A stretch of DNA of 64,000 nucleotides, taken from Alphaproteobacteria bacterium. GTDB taxonomy: Bacteria; Pseudomonadota; Alphaproteobacteria; SP197. Each line of letters starts with the position of its first letter. Within the stretch, counting starts at the first letter, position 1. A model generated the notes under the pieces. It saw nothing but the letters and a program-made list of their open reading frames with translations, was not told the origin of the DNA and searched no databases. Position numbers and translations under genes: made by a program. Positions 12,472 to 24,699 of this stretch are shown here, in pieces. The DNA lies in assembly GCA_965228895.1 (NCBI GenBank), contig OZ245842.1, positions 4,832,001-4,896,000 of the forward strand. Direction: 5' to 3'.

Positions 12472-13101
12472 TTACCGCCGCTCTTTTTCATCTGTATCGG
12501 TCACGGCCACGTTATCGCGAAAACCGCGCAGCCGTTCCACATCTCGTCGCAGTGCTGTCGCCAGGCCACCGGGTTTCAGTGCCACATGCACGGCCATCTC
12601 GCGGCCGAGCGCCGCACCCAACTGCGCCGCATCAAAACAGGTTAACACAGCAACGTCCGGCGCCGCGCGTTTCAGCCGGCGCAGGCCATCGGGGGCGCCA
12701 TCAGCCGCTTCCAGCAAAAACGCCACGTTGCCGCTGGCCAGCAGCGCCTGGGCCTTATCGAACCCGGCGACCGCCTGACCGGCACGCTTGGCCAAGCCGA
12801 GCAGTTCAAGACACCGCGCGGCCAGCAAAGCCTCGACCTGATCGGCCAGCGCCGCATCGGCCAACGCGCGGCCCTTGAACCCGCGCGCGAACAATCCCTT
12901 GGCGGCCGCAGTCACCACGGCATCACGCCGCGCCGTCACCCAGGCGCCACGGCCCGGCAGACGTTCGGCGATGTCGGGCACGACCCGGCCATCGGGCGAC
13001 AACGCAAACCGCACGAGCAGTGCCTTGTCTCCGGTCTCACCGGTGACCAGGCAGCGCCGCTCGGGCGTTGTCGCTTTTCTATCGATCGCCAGTTCGGCCA
13101 G
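12472..13101 (-). CDS. YlxR/DUF448 RNA-binding protein fused to an L7Ae-like domain; probable CTG start
   Basis: [10 protein letters not shown]...[10 protein letters not shown]...LPGRGAWV; lies between nusA and infB; the conserved N-terminal motif is upstream of the first ATG/GTG/TTG (13014). Confidence 0.85.
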   Translation of the reverse strand: MAELAIDRKATTPERRCLVTGETGDKALLVRFALSPDGRVVPDIAERLPGRGAWVTARRDAVVTAAAKGLFARGFKGRALADAALADQVEALLAARCLELLGLAKRAGQAVAGFDKAQALLASGNVAFLLEAADGAPDGLRRLKRAAPDVAVLTCFDAAQLGAALGREMAVHVALKPGGLATALRRDVERLRGFRDNVAVTDTDEKERR

Positions 13102-13103
13102 TG

Positions 13104-14681
13104 TCAGACCTCCTCCTCGCTGGCTTCCACATCGTCGCCAGCGGTTTCCGCCGCATCCTCCTCGGTCTCCTCCTCATCGGGGAACCAATGGGCGCGCGCG
13201 GCCATAATCATGGCGTTCGCCTCGTCGAGTGTCAGATAGCTCTCGGGCAGGTAGTCTTCGATCAGTTCGTCGCCGGCCAGATCGGCAAGATCATCAAGCG
13301 TCTTGATGTCCTTTTCACCGAGCTCGACCAGCATGACCGGCGTCAGACCCTCGATGGCAGCCAGTTCGTCCGTGACACCCAGTTCCTGACGCTTGACCTC
13401 CATCTGACGGTCGCGTTCCTCGACATAGCCCAGCGCGCGGTTCTGCAGCTCCTGGGCAATGCCTTCGTCAAGACCCTCGATGCCGGACAATTCATCGATC
13501 GGCACATAGGCGACATCGTCGGTTGACGAGAACCCTTCGGTAACCAGGAGGCGGGCCAAGACGTCATCGACGTCCAGCGTTTCCATGAAGTGCTCGCTCC
13601 TGAGCCGCATCTCCTCGATGCGCCGTTCGCTCTCGTCGCTCTCGGTCAGGATGTCGATATCCCAGCCGACCAGTTGCGACGCCAGCCGCACGTTCTGACC
13701 GCGCCGGCCAATCGCCAAACTTAACTGGTCATCGGGCACGACGACTTCCATGCGCCGGTCGTCCTCGTCCATGACGACCTTGGTGACTTCCGCCGGCGCC
13801 AGGGCGTTGACGACGAAGTTCGCGGTGTCGGGCGACCATTGGATAATGTCGATCTTCTCGCCGCCCAGTTCGTTGACCACAGCCTGAACGCGGCTGCCGC
13901 GCATGCCGACGCAGGCGCCGACCGGATCGATCGAGCTATCGTGGGACAGAACGGCGATCTTCGCGCGGCTACCGGGGTCGCGGGCGACGGCCTTGATCTC
14001 GATGATGCCGTCATAGATCTCCGGCACTTCCTGGGAGAACAGCTTGGCCATGAACTGCGGGTGGCTGCGCGAGATGAAGATCTGCGGGCCCCGCGGTTCC
14101 TGGCGCACGTCATAGATATAGCCGCGCACCCGGTCGCCGCGGCGCAGGATCTCGCGCGGCAGGCTTTCGTCGCGGCGCAGCATGGCTTCGGCCTTGCCCA
14201 GATCGATGATCCAGTTGCCGTGCTCGGGCCGCTTGACCAGGCCGTTCACGATCTCGCTGATGCGGTCCTTGTACTCTTCGTACTGGCGCGCGCGCTCGGC
14301 CTCGCGCACCTTCTGCACGATGACCTGCTTGGCGGTCTGGGCGGCAATACGGCCGAACTCGATCGGCGGCAGCTCTTCGGAGATGAAGTCGCCGACCTTG
14401 GCCAGCGGGTTGCGCTGCTGGGCCTCGCCGACCGTAATCTCGGTCGCCGGGTTCTCGACCTCATCGACGACCTCGACATAGCGCATCAGCGAGACGTCGC
14501 CGGACGCCCGGTCTATGGTCGCGCGAATGTCATGCTCGTGGCCGTACTTGCGTTTGCCAGCGTGCTGAATTGCTTGTTCCATGGCGTCAATCACGGTCTC
14601 ACGCTCGATACCTTTCTCGCGCGCGACCGCATCGGCCACTTGAATCAACTGTTCCTGTGTCAGGGCAGCGGCAGCTTCCAT
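13104..14681 (-). CDS. nusA: Transcription termination/antitermination factor NusA
   Basis: FGRIAAQTAKQVIVQKVREAER, ARDPGSRAKIAV and LSLAIGRRGQNVRLAS motifs. Confidence 0.98.
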   Translation of the reverse strand: MEAAAALTQEQLIQVADAVAREKGIERETVIDAMEQAIQHAGKRKYGHEHDIRATIDRASGDVSLMRYVEVVDEVENPATEITVGEAQQRNPLAKVGDFISEELPPIEFGRIAAQTAKQVIVQKVREAERARQYEEYKDRISEIVNGLVKRPEHGNWIIDLGKAEAMLRRDESLPREILRRGDRVRGYIYDVRQEPRGPQIFISRSHPQFMAKLFSQEVPEIYDGIIEIKAVARDPGSRAKIAVLSHDSSIDPVGACVGMRGSRVQAVVNELGGEKIDIIQWSPDTANFVVNALAPAEVTKVVMDEDDRRMEVVVPDDQLSLAIGRRGQNVRLASQLVGWDIDILTESDESERRIEEMRLRSEHFMETLDVDDVLARLLVTEGFSSTDDVAYVPIDELSGIEGLDEGIAQELQNRALGYVEERDRQMEVKRQELGVTDELAAIEGLTPVMLVELGEKDIKTLDDLADLAGDELIEDYLPESYLTLDEANAMIMAARAHWFPDEEETEEDAAETAGDDVEASEEEV

Positions 14682-14700
14682 GCCTCAGGTCCCTCTCCTC

Positions 14701-15195
14701 TTATGCATCCTCATGTCCCGGTGCCATCGCGGCGATCAACTCGTCGGTTAAAGCGAGCTTCGCCTTGACGACACCGTCCAAACTCAATTCCACGCCGTCA
14801 CGCCCGTCATCCAGCCGCACGACGCCATCTTCGGCGCCCATGATCCGGCCGCGCCATCGTTTGCGGCCATCCACCGGCGGGTCGACATCGACGATCGCCT
14901 CGAACCCGGCGAAACGGACGAAGTCGTCCAACTTCACCAACGGCCGGTCAATTCCGGTGGAACTGACCTCCAGGTCATAGGCGCCGCCGATCGGGTCCTC
15001 GACATCAAGCAGCGTCGAAACGGCCCGACTGATGTCGGCACAATCGTCGACCACAACCGGCGACCCGTCTGCGCACTCCGCCATGACCTGCAGGGTGCGG
15101 CGTCCGCTGCCAAAAAACTTTACGCGAACGATCCGGTACCCCATGTCCTCGACCGTCGGGGTGATCAATCGTTCGATCTCGTCAGCCAGGCTCAT
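14701..15195 (-). CDS. rimP: Ribosome maturation factor RimP
   Basis: DDCADISRAVSTLLDVEDPI and YDLEVSSTGIDRPL motifs. Confidence 0.96.
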   Translation of the reverse strand: MSLADEIERLITPTVEDMGYRIVRVKFFGSGRRTLQVMAECADGSPVVVDDCADISRAVSTLLDVEDPIGGAYDLEVSSTGIDRPLVKLDDFVRFAGFEAIVDVDPPVDGRKRWRGRIMGAEDGVVRLDDGRDGVELSLDGVVKAKLALTDELIAAMAPGHEDA

Positions 15196-15267
15196 CCGGC
15201 CGATCCCCCGCGAGGTTCAAGAAGGTACACCAAACACCGCCGTCAACCCGGCCGCGGCAGTTCCTCC

Positions 15268-15296
15268 AAACAAAAAAGTGGGCTTAACGCCCACCT
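15268..15296 (-). terminator. Leader terminator/attenuator upstream of rimP-nusA-infB
   Basis: Minus strand GTGGGC-GTTAA-GCCCAC-TTTTTTGTTT, between a candidate promoter and the rimP start. Confidence 0.7.
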
Positions 15297-15334
15297 CTCA
15301 GCCCGTGGCCACAAGCCACCTCAAACTGGCGCGC

Positions 15335-15363
15335 ATCTTAGTCATCCCGGCGCGCCGGGCAAG
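15335..15363 (-). promoter_or_regulatory. Candidate sigma70 promoter of the rimP operon
   Basis: Minus strand CTTGCC-N17-TAAGAT, resembling alphaproteobacterial housekeeping promoters. Confidence 0.5.
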
Positions 15364-15414
15364 TTTTTTGTCAAGCGCTTGACAAGCCCTGCCGGGCGCA
15401 CGGATGGTCGCGTC

Positions 15415-15636
15415 ATGAACGGCGTCATCGTCTGGTACAACCCGTCAAAACGCTATGGTTTCGTCGCCCCGGAGGACGGTGGCGGCGATATCTTTTTTCG
15501 CCTCGACGAGGCCGGCGTCACGGCTCTTGAACCGGTCGAAACCGGCAAAAACGTTCACTTTTTGCTCGCCGAGGGACCCGATGGCCCGGTCGCCATGCGT
15601 TTGGCGCCCGGCAACGCGCCGGAACCCCAGGTCTAG
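15415..15636 (+). CDS. Cold-shock domain protein
   Basis: GVIVWYNPSKRYGFVAPEDGGGDIFF (RNP1/RNP2-like); 73 aa from ATG 15415. Confidence 0.85.
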   Translation: MNGVIVWYNPSKRYGFVAPEDGGGDIFFRLDEAGVTALEPVETGKNVHFLLAEGPDGPVAMRLAPGNAPEPQV

Positions 15637-16334
15637 GCTAGATCCCGTCGGCGGCGCTCGAAGATCAGGTAGACCGGCGAGCGTCCGGCGCCGACCGCCT
15701 TGGCTTCATAGCGAGTCTGGGGCCAATCGCTGGGCCGGCGGCGCCAATCCCCGGGACGCCGCGCTTTCCAGCAAAAATCCGGGTTGGCCGTCGTCACGCC
15801 GAGCATTTGGCGGGCGTAGCTCATGTCATCTGTGGCCAACCGTAATTCGGCGCCATCAGCCAACAAATCGGCGAGTTTCGCGATCAGACCCGCATCAACC
15901 AGGCGGCGCTTGAGATGGCGGGTTTTTGGCCAGGGATCGGGAAACAGAATAAAAATCCGATCCAGCATACCAACCGCCATCCGGTCCAGGACCGGCCGGA
16001 TATCATCGGCAACAATCCGAACGTTCACCAGTTCGGCCTGGTCCACCGCCGCAAGCAAGGCGGCAACGCCGTTGATATAGGGTTCAGCCCCGATGAATCC
16101 AACATCTGGATGCCGTTCGGCCTGCCAGGCTAAGTGCTCGCCGCCGCCAAAGCCGATTTCCAGCCATACCGGACACGATCCGCCGAACAGTAGCTTGGGC
16201 GTCAACACGGCGGCGTCCGGCGCGACCGCAAGGCGCGGCAACAGTGTATCGACCAGGTGTTGGCGACGTGCGCTCAAGCGATGACCACGGCGCCGGCCGT
16301 GAAGCTGGCACCCGCGGCGGTCGTCTGGGGACAT
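15633..16334 (-). CDS. trmB: tRNA (guanine-N7)-methyltransferase
   Basis: WLEIGFGGGEHL, LFPDPWPKTRH and TRYEAKA motifs. Confidence 0.95.
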   Translation of the reverse strand: MSPDDRRGCQLHGRRRGHRLSARRQHLVDTLLPRLAVAPDAAVLTPKLLFGGSCPVWLEIGFGGGEHLAWQAERHPDVGFIGAEPYINGVAALLAAVDQAELVNVRIVADDIRPVLDRMAVGMLDRIFILFPDPWPKTRHLKRRLVDAGLIAKLADLLADGAELRLATDDMSYARQMLGVTTANPDFCWKARRPGDWRRRPSDWPQTRYEAKAVGAGRSPVYLIFERRRRDLA

Positions 16335-16358
16335 GGCTTTGCGGTTCGGCTATTCCGC

Positions 16359-17525
<1,167 letters not shown>

Positions 17526-17749
17526 GCCAACCCCTCCTTTTTTCAGGCAGTTCGACAACCCGGTCGCGACCGTCCGATTGGGACGGCGCGTCCGTGACTG
17601 ACAGCAATAGGACGGGCCGGAACCTCCACCATCCCGTGGGGTCCGGTCAAGCGAATTGCCGCACAGGCAAACGACGGATTCTATCCGCGGCTGGATGAGG
17701 TCATCGGCGCCGACGGGGGTATCGGCGCCGAAGCGTTAAGCGAAGACAG

Positions 17750-18217
17750 TCAGTGGTCGGCGTCTTTCGGACCCGCGGCCTTGACGAGTTCGAACACCTT
17801 GCGGCGCAAGCGGTCGTCGGGGATGCGATAGTACGCGCGAACCAGTTCAAGGGTTTCACGCTTCGACATGGTGTCGGGCCCGTAAGGGTCCTGCTCGCCA
17901 TCAGACATGCCACGTCCGCCGCCGGCGGCAGCGACATCGTTGGGCATATCGTCAAAGAAGAACGACACCGGCACATCAAGGATCTGGGACAGGTGGTAGA
18001 GCCTGCTTGATCCGATGCGGTTAGCGCCACGCTCGTACTTTTGAATTTGCTGGAACGTCAGGCCAAGTGCCTGGGCCAGCTTTTCCTGACTCATACCCAA
18101 TAACGTGCGGCGCAGTCGTACGCGGCCGCCGACATGGATGTCGATCGGATTTGGATTGTTCGCCATGGCAGTTTTCTTCGGTACCCCCCCGGTTGAAATA
18201 CGCTCTACTTGATTCAT
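17750..18217 (-). CDS. XRE-family helix-turn-helix regulator
   Basis: [16 protein letters not shown]...MSQEKLA...[20 protein letters not shown]; usual lnt-HTH-metK context. Confidence 0.92.
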   Translation of the reverse strand: MNQVERISTGGVPKKTAMANNPNPIDIHVGGRVRLRRTLLGMSQEKLAQALGLTFQQIQKYERGANRIGSSRLYHLSQILDVPVSFFFDDMPNDVAAAGGGRGMSDGEQDPYGPDTMSKRETLELVRAYYRIPDDRLRRKVFELVKAAGPKDADH

Positions 18218-18269
18218 GTCGTCATTCCCCTAACGAATGATTGTCGGCTACCGTTCGTCGGTTGGCCGT

Positions 18270-19802
18270 TTAACGATCGGATTGCCTAGGCAACCGCTTG
18301 ATCGCCTTTAGGGGTATGCCAAGCAAAGAACAGGCCAAGTAGACGATGAAGGGCAAAATAATTCCCAACAACGTCAAATTGCCCCACAGGCTGTAGGTGG
18401 TCGGCGCCAGTGGCGGCGGCAACTGCGCGTCGATCACACCCTCTTGTTCAAGGCCCAAGCGGGCGACATAACGACCGCCCGCATCAATCACCGCGGAGAC
18501 GCCGGTGTTGGCGGCACGCGCCATTGGCAAGCCCTGTTCGACGGCGCGCAAACGCGCCGACGCCAAGTGTTGATAAGGCCCCGACGATTCGCCGAACCAA
18601 GCGTCGTTGGTGATGTTCAGCAGCCAGGCGGGACGCTCTCCTGGTGCCACGACCTCGGTCGGGAAGATCGCTTCGTAACAGATCAAGGGGCTGAACGTGG
18701 GCAGGCCGGCCACATCCAGCGTGCGTGGCGACGGCCCCGCGGTAAAGTCCGTGGTGCCTGGTGTCAGCTTGTCGATCGGCAGGACGCCACGCAACGGCAC
18801 GTACTCGCCAAACGGCACCAGGTGATGTTTGTCATAGACAGCAACCAGCTCGCGCTGATCATCAAACACAACCAAACTGTTGAAAAACCGCGTGTCCGTC
18901 CCGTCGTTTTCACTGGTTACAGCGCCGGCCATCAACACGCCGTCCGGTGGTACTGCCGCTGCGACAAGGGCATCAACTATGTCCCTATCTCGAAAGATCC
19001 GGTAGGGAATTGCTGTCTCCGGCCATATGACGATGTCTGGAATTGTCTCAGTTTGCAACTGGCTTTTTTCAATATGCATTGCAATATGCGACAACTGGAG
19101 GTCAGGTCGCCATTTTTCGCTCTGGGCGATGTTGGGTTGAATCAACCGCAGGTCGACCGGTGCCTGCCCCTCAAGCGGCTCGAGGTTCGCCAGTCGCAAC
19201 GCCCCGTAGCCGCCCGTCGCGAGCACCACGAGAACGGCGGCCGAACCAGCGTAGAGTATCCGCCGGCCGAACCGCCCGGGCGCACCATAGGCCGCGAGTG
19301 CCGGCAACAGACAAACCGCCATGGCGATGGCGCTGACGCCATAGACGCCGGCCAGCGCTGCCGGCTGTAACAACCGCACATCGATATCGAAGACCGTGCC
19401 CATCAGGTTCCATGGAAAGCCGGTGAACAACCAGCTACGCAGCCATTCGACGGCGACCCAGATGACGCCGAAGGCGACCACCCGGGGCAAGCCCGGGCGC
19501 CACGTCCATGCGGCACCGGCAACCAGGGCTGGGAACAGCGCGAAACCGGCCGCGATTGCCGCCAGAGACGGCGGATAGAGCCAACCGTGACGTGCCACAT
19601 CGACGAGCAGCGAATTCGCGATCCAGTAATAGGCGGTCGCGCTGTGGCCGACGCCGAACCACCAGCCGATGCCGATCGCCGTCAGACGCCGATTCGCACC
19701 GTCGAGCAGCCAGATAAGCCCGGTGAAACCAACGACCGCCAGGGGTAGCAGGCCAACCGGCGGCAGCGCCGCGGTAACCAGCGCACCAAGAACCATGGCC
19801 AT
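18270..19802 (-). CDS. lnt: Apolipoprotein N-acyltransferase
   Basis: EWLRSWLFTGFPWN, WPET, YDKHHLVPFGEY, PLICYE and NITNDAWFG motifs; start uncertain (ATG 19802 or a few codons upstream). Confidence 0.95.
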   Translation of the reverse strand: MAMVLGALVTAALPPVGLLPLAVVGFTGLIWLLDGANRRLTAIGIGWWFGVGHSATAYYWIANSLLVDVARHGWLYPPSLAAIAAGFALFPALVAGAAWTWRPGLPRVVAFGVIWVAVEWLRSWLFTGFPWNLMGTVFDIDVRLLQPAALAGVYGVSAIAMAVCLLPALAAYGAPGRFGRRILYAGSAAVLVVLATGGYGALRLANLEPLEGQAPVDLRLIQPNIAQSEKWRPDLQLSHIAMHIEKSQLQTETIPDIVIWPETAIPYRIFRDRDIVDALVAAAVPPDGVLMAGAVTSENDGTDTRFFNSLVVFDDQRELVAVYDKHHLVPFGEYVPLRGVLPIDKLTPGTTDFTAGPSPRTLDVAGLPTFSPLICYEAIFPTEVVAPGERPAWLLNITNDAWFGESSGPYQHLASARLRAVEQGLPMARAANTGVSAVIDAGGRYVARLGLEQEGVIDAQLPPPLAPTTYSLWGNLTLLGIILPFIVYLACSLLGIPLKAIKRLPRQSDR

Positions 19803-19869
19803 GAGGGCACGGCGAAAGCCGGTCAGGGAACGCAGTCGCCCCGGCAGTGAAACCGTCTCGGTCGAGATA

Positions 19870-20760
19870 TCAGGCCTCTGGTGCAGCGAGCGGCGGAACG
19901 TGGCGTACGCGCAGGCGCTTGATGCGCCGCGCATCGACATCGGTGATCTCGAACTCCAGCCCGCTGTCATGGGCAATGAGCTCGCCGCGCGCCGGTATGC
20001 GGCCAAGAAGCGCGAACACCAAGCCGCCCAGCGTGTCGACGTCCTCGTCGCGCTCTTCCGGCAACAGGTCGATACCGGTCCGCTCCTCAAGCAGTTCGAC
20101 CGGCGTTCGCGCGCTCGCTTCAATGACGCCGCCGGGCCGTTCGATCAGCATGGGTGTTTCGCTGCTGTCGTGCTCGTCCCAGATCTCACCGACGATCGGC
20201 TCGACCAGGTCTTCAATGGTGGCCAGGCCATCGGTGCCGCCGTACTCGTCGACCACCAGGGAGAGATGCAGTCTGGCGCTGCGCATCTTGGCCAGCAGAT
20301 CGACCACCGGCATCGACGGCGGAACGAACAGGACCTGGCGGCACAGCATCTCGACCTGCGGCTGCTCCTCGGTCGGTGTCGACCAGTAAGGCAGGAGATC
20401 GCGCAGATGCACCATGCCGACCACATCGTCCAGGCTATCGCGGTAAACCGGCAGTCTGGAATGACCTTCGCGTTTCATGACCTCGACGACATCGTCCAAC
20501 GGTGTCGACACGTCAACCGCGATGACATCGGCGCGCGGCACCATGACGTCTTCGACACGCAGTTCGCCAAACTCCAAGAGGTTGATCAGCATGGCGCGTT
20601 GCGGCGCGCTCAGGTGATGTTCGGTCTCCTCGAACTCGTCGAGCAGCTCTTCGACGTTTTCCCTCAGGCTGCTATCGCCGTTACGTCCACCCAGGAGTTT
20701 CTTGAGCCAGCCCGAAAATGCCTGGTGGCCCAGTCCCGATGATGTCGAGCGTTCCGCCAT
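19870..20760 (-). CDS. corC: CBS/CorC-HlyC family protein
   Basis: DVMVPRADV, HSRLPVY, VVDEYGGTDGLATIEDL and DTLGGLVF motifs. Confidence 0.85.
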   Translation of the reverse strand: MAERSTSSGLGHQAFSGWLKKLLGGRNGDSSLRENVEELLDEFEETEHHLSAPQRAMLINLLEFGELRVEDVMVPRADVIAVDVSTPLDDVVEVMKREGHSRLPVYRDSLDDVVGMVHLRDLLPYWSTPTEEQPQVEMLCRQVLFVPPSMPVVDLLAKMRSARLHLSLVVDEYGGTDGLATIEDLVEPIVGEIWDEHDSSETPMLIERPGGVIEASARTPVELLEERTGIDLLPEERDEDVDTLGGLVFALLGRIPARGELIAHDSGLEFEITDVDARRIKRLRVRHVPPLAAPEA

Positions 20761-20768
20761 CGCCGCGT

Positions 20769-21328
20769 CTACCGGTAGGGGTCCGCGATGCCGAGGCGGC
20801 CCAGGAGTTCGCACTCCAACGTTTCCATCCGCATCGCTTCATCCTCGTCCATGTGATCGTAGCCGAGCAGGTGCAGCACCCCATGGACGATTAGATGGGA
20901 CAGGTGGTTGCCGGGTTTTTTGTTTTCCGCCGCCGCTTCATCCAACACGGTCTGGCGCGCCACGATGATATCGCCCAACGCGACAGGCTCGTCTTCGGGA
21001 TGGCCGGCTTCCGGCTCAAGCTCCTGACCGGCGATGATATCGAGCGCCGGGAACGACAGCACGTTGGTGGCCTTGTCGATGCCGCGCCAAGATTGATTCA
21101 AGCGGCGCACGGCCTGGTCATCGCCAAGCACGACTGACACGGCGAGACGATAACGATCGCCGGCGACGGCGAGCGCCTCTTCGGCCGCAAGGCGGGTCAG
21201 ATCTTCAACACCGGGAATCGCGTCGGTCCAGCCGGCGTCATCGACCGCGATGTCAACGATTGGGTCAGGCCCGGCGTGGCGCCGGGCGGCGGTACTCGAT
21301 CCTAAGTCGTCGGCGTCGATCAGCTCGA

Positions 21329-21332
<4 letters not shown>
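20769..21332 (-). CDS. ybeY: rRNA maturation endonuclease YbeY
   Basis: TNVLSFP and HLIVHGVLHLLGYDH motifs. Confidence 0.96.
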
Positions 21333-22317
<985 letters not shown>

Positions 22318-22321
<4 letters not shown>

Positions 22322-23694
22322 GCGGTCTCCCTTAGCGGCAACGACCCGGCCATGGCGCCCGGCGATGCCGCGACACCGGCAAGACTGTTGGCCAGGGCCT
22401 CGGTGACGGTGACGTCGACGAGAGTGCCGATCAAACTCTCGGGCCCATTCAGGTGGACCGCCTGCAGATAGGGGCTGCGTCCGACCATCTGCCCGGACTT
22501 GCGGCCGGTACGCTCGATCAGGATCGGCAGCGTTCGGCCGACGGTCGCGGCGTTGAACGCATCCTGCTGGGCGCCCAGAAGCTGCTGCAGGGCGGCAAGG
22601 CGCTCGACCTTGACCGCGTCATCGACCTGAGCGCCGGCGCTTGCCGCCGGCGTGCCGGGACGCGCGCTATATTTGAACGAGAAGGCGCTGGCATAGGTGA
22701 TGTCGCCGACCAGCCTGAGAGTGTCGGCAAAGTCGGCATCGGTTTCGCCAGGGAAACCGACGATGAAATCACCCGACAGGGCCAGGTCGGGACGGGCCAG
22801 GCGGATCTTCTCGATCAGACGCCGATAGTCGTCGGCGCTGTGACGCCGGTTCATGGCGTCGAGAATTCGGTCGGAGCCCGACTGAACCGGCAGATGCAGA
22901 TAAGGCATCAGCTGCGGCACGTCGCCATGGGCGGCGATCAAATCATCGTCCATGTCGCGCGGGTGCGAGGTCGTGTAACGCAGGCGCGCCAATCCGTCGA
23001 TCTCGGCCATCCGGCGGATCAGACGCGCCAAACCCCAATCGCCGCCATCCGGTCCGGCGCCGTGATAGGCGTTGACGTTTTGGCCCAGCAGCGTGATTTC
23101 GCGCACGCCGTCTTCGACCAGGCGCTTCGCTTCGGCGACAACCTGATCGACCGGGCGAGAAAACTCGGCGCCGCGGGTATAGGGCACGACACAGAACGTG
23201 CAGAACTTGTCGCAGCCTTCCTGCACCGACAGGAAAGCGCTGACGCCGTCACGGGCCTGGGGCCGCGGCAGATGATCGAATTTGGATTCAACGGGAAAGT
23301 CCGTATCCAGAACGCCCCCGGTCTCGCGATGCGCCCGCGCGATCAACTCCGGCAGGCGATGATACGTTTGGGGCCCGACAACCAGGTCAACGACCGGCGC
23401 GCGTCGAACGATCTCCGCGCCTTCCGCCTGGGCGACACAGCCGGCAACGGCGACGATCATGGTTTTGCCGTCGGTTTCACGACGCGCCTTCAAAGGTTTG
23501 ATCCGCCCGAGTTCGGAATAGACCTTTTCGGCCGCTTTTTCGCGGATGTGGCACGTGTTCAGGATGACCAGATCCGCCCCATCGGGCGAGTCAGTCGTTT
23601 GATAACCCAGAGGCGTCAGAACGTCCGTCATACGACCGGAGTCGTAAACGTTCATCTGGCAGCCATAGGTCTTGATGAAGAGCTTTTTCGGCAA
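22318..23694 (-). CDS. miaB: tRNA-2-methylthio-N6-dimethylallyladenosine synthase
   Basis: [39 protein letters not shown] and TRAM domain; start TTG 23694 (or ATG 23727). Confidence 0.97.
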
Positions 23695-23802
23695 TCGGTT
23701 GTCGCGGCGCTTTATCGCCCGGCGCATCCTTTAGCGATTGGTTTCATCGCGTTAATCCGATGCACCATGCCTGAGACAAGGCCCCGGAGTCAACGAGGGG
23801 CA

Positions 23803-24699
23803 TCACCGCGCCCGCCGATGGCGCAGGCGGGCCAAACGGCCCCGTGCCGAACGCGGCAAACGGCCCGTCAGCGCCCGTGCAACGCCGTCGGCGACGATTT
23901 GATGGGTGTGTTCAGCCATGCTGCGGCGCGTGCCGCCGGCGTCTTCGATGGTCAGGGGATCGTGGAACTGGACGACCACCGTGGCGCCACCCAACTTCAC
24001 CATGCGCCAGACATGGGTTGCCAGGTACATATCGCCATACCAGGCAAAATAGGGTCTTAGATCCCGATCCATGGGCAAATTCGAGAACCGCGCATAGGCA
24101 ATCGAGACCGGCTGCACGACCAACGGTTGATCGTTCACACGGCGCTCGGCGACCGAAAACAAGGCGCTCTTGAACGGCAGCACCCGGTTGCCGTCGCCGC
24201 TGGTGCCTTCGGGAAACAGGATCAGACGATCGCCGGCATCGAGGCGCTCGGCAATCTGATCCCGCTGTTCGCCGGTCGAACCACGCCGCCGGTCGACGAA
24301 CACGGTCCGCTGCAGTTTGGCGAGCCAGCCGATCAGAGGCCAGCTCGCGACCTCGGCCTTGGCGACGAAGCTGCCGCCGATCAGCGAGCCGAGGACCTCG
24401 ATGTCCAGGTAGGACGTATGGTTGCAGATGAACAGCGTCGGACGTTTGCGTGTCGCGCGGCCGTGCACTTCGATCTTCAACCCCAAGATCCGACAGCAGA
24501 TGCGGTGATAGAAGACCGGAAAAGTCACCCGCCCGGGCAGGCCGGTGACCAAAAAGAAGGCCTGGACCGGCATGCACGGCAGCGTCCAGGCGATGTAGAG
24601 CGCAATGCGCACGGCACCGACCACGGCAGAGCTGCCCAACGCGACCGGCGCGTCAGACTTCTCGAGGACTATCCGCTTCGCCGTCGTTTCCATCTTCAT
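23803..24699 (-). CDS. olsA: Lyso-ornithine lipid / 1-acyl-glycerol-3-phosphate acyltransferase (OlsA-like)
   Basis: NHTSYLD, FVAKAEV and FPEGTS motifs; directly downstream of an olsB-like gene; start approximate. Confidence 0.75.
   Translation of the reverse strand: MKMETTAKRIVLEKSDAPVALGSSAVVGAVRIALYIAWTLPCMPVQAFFLVTGLPGRVTFPVFYHRICCRILGLKIEVHGRATRKRPTLFICNHTSYLDIEVLGSLIGGSFVAKAEVASWPLIGWLAKLQRTVFVDRRRGSTGEQRDQIAERLDAGDRLILFPEGTSGDGNRVLPFKSALFSVAERRVNDQPLVVQPVSIAYARFSNLPMDRDLRPYFAWYGDMYLATHVWRMVKLGGATVVVQFHDPLTIEDAGGTRRSMAEHTHQIVADGVARALTGRLPRSARGRLARLRHRRAR

Noticed and set aside
17526-17749. SAM riboswitch upstream of metK
   Set aside because: Small hairpins are present, but I could not match SAM-II or SAM-SAH consensus by eye; an Rfam search would decide.
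19803-20123. 617-aa Lnt with a long N-terminal extension
   Set aside because: The extension overlaps corC in another frame and looks like an open-frame artefact.
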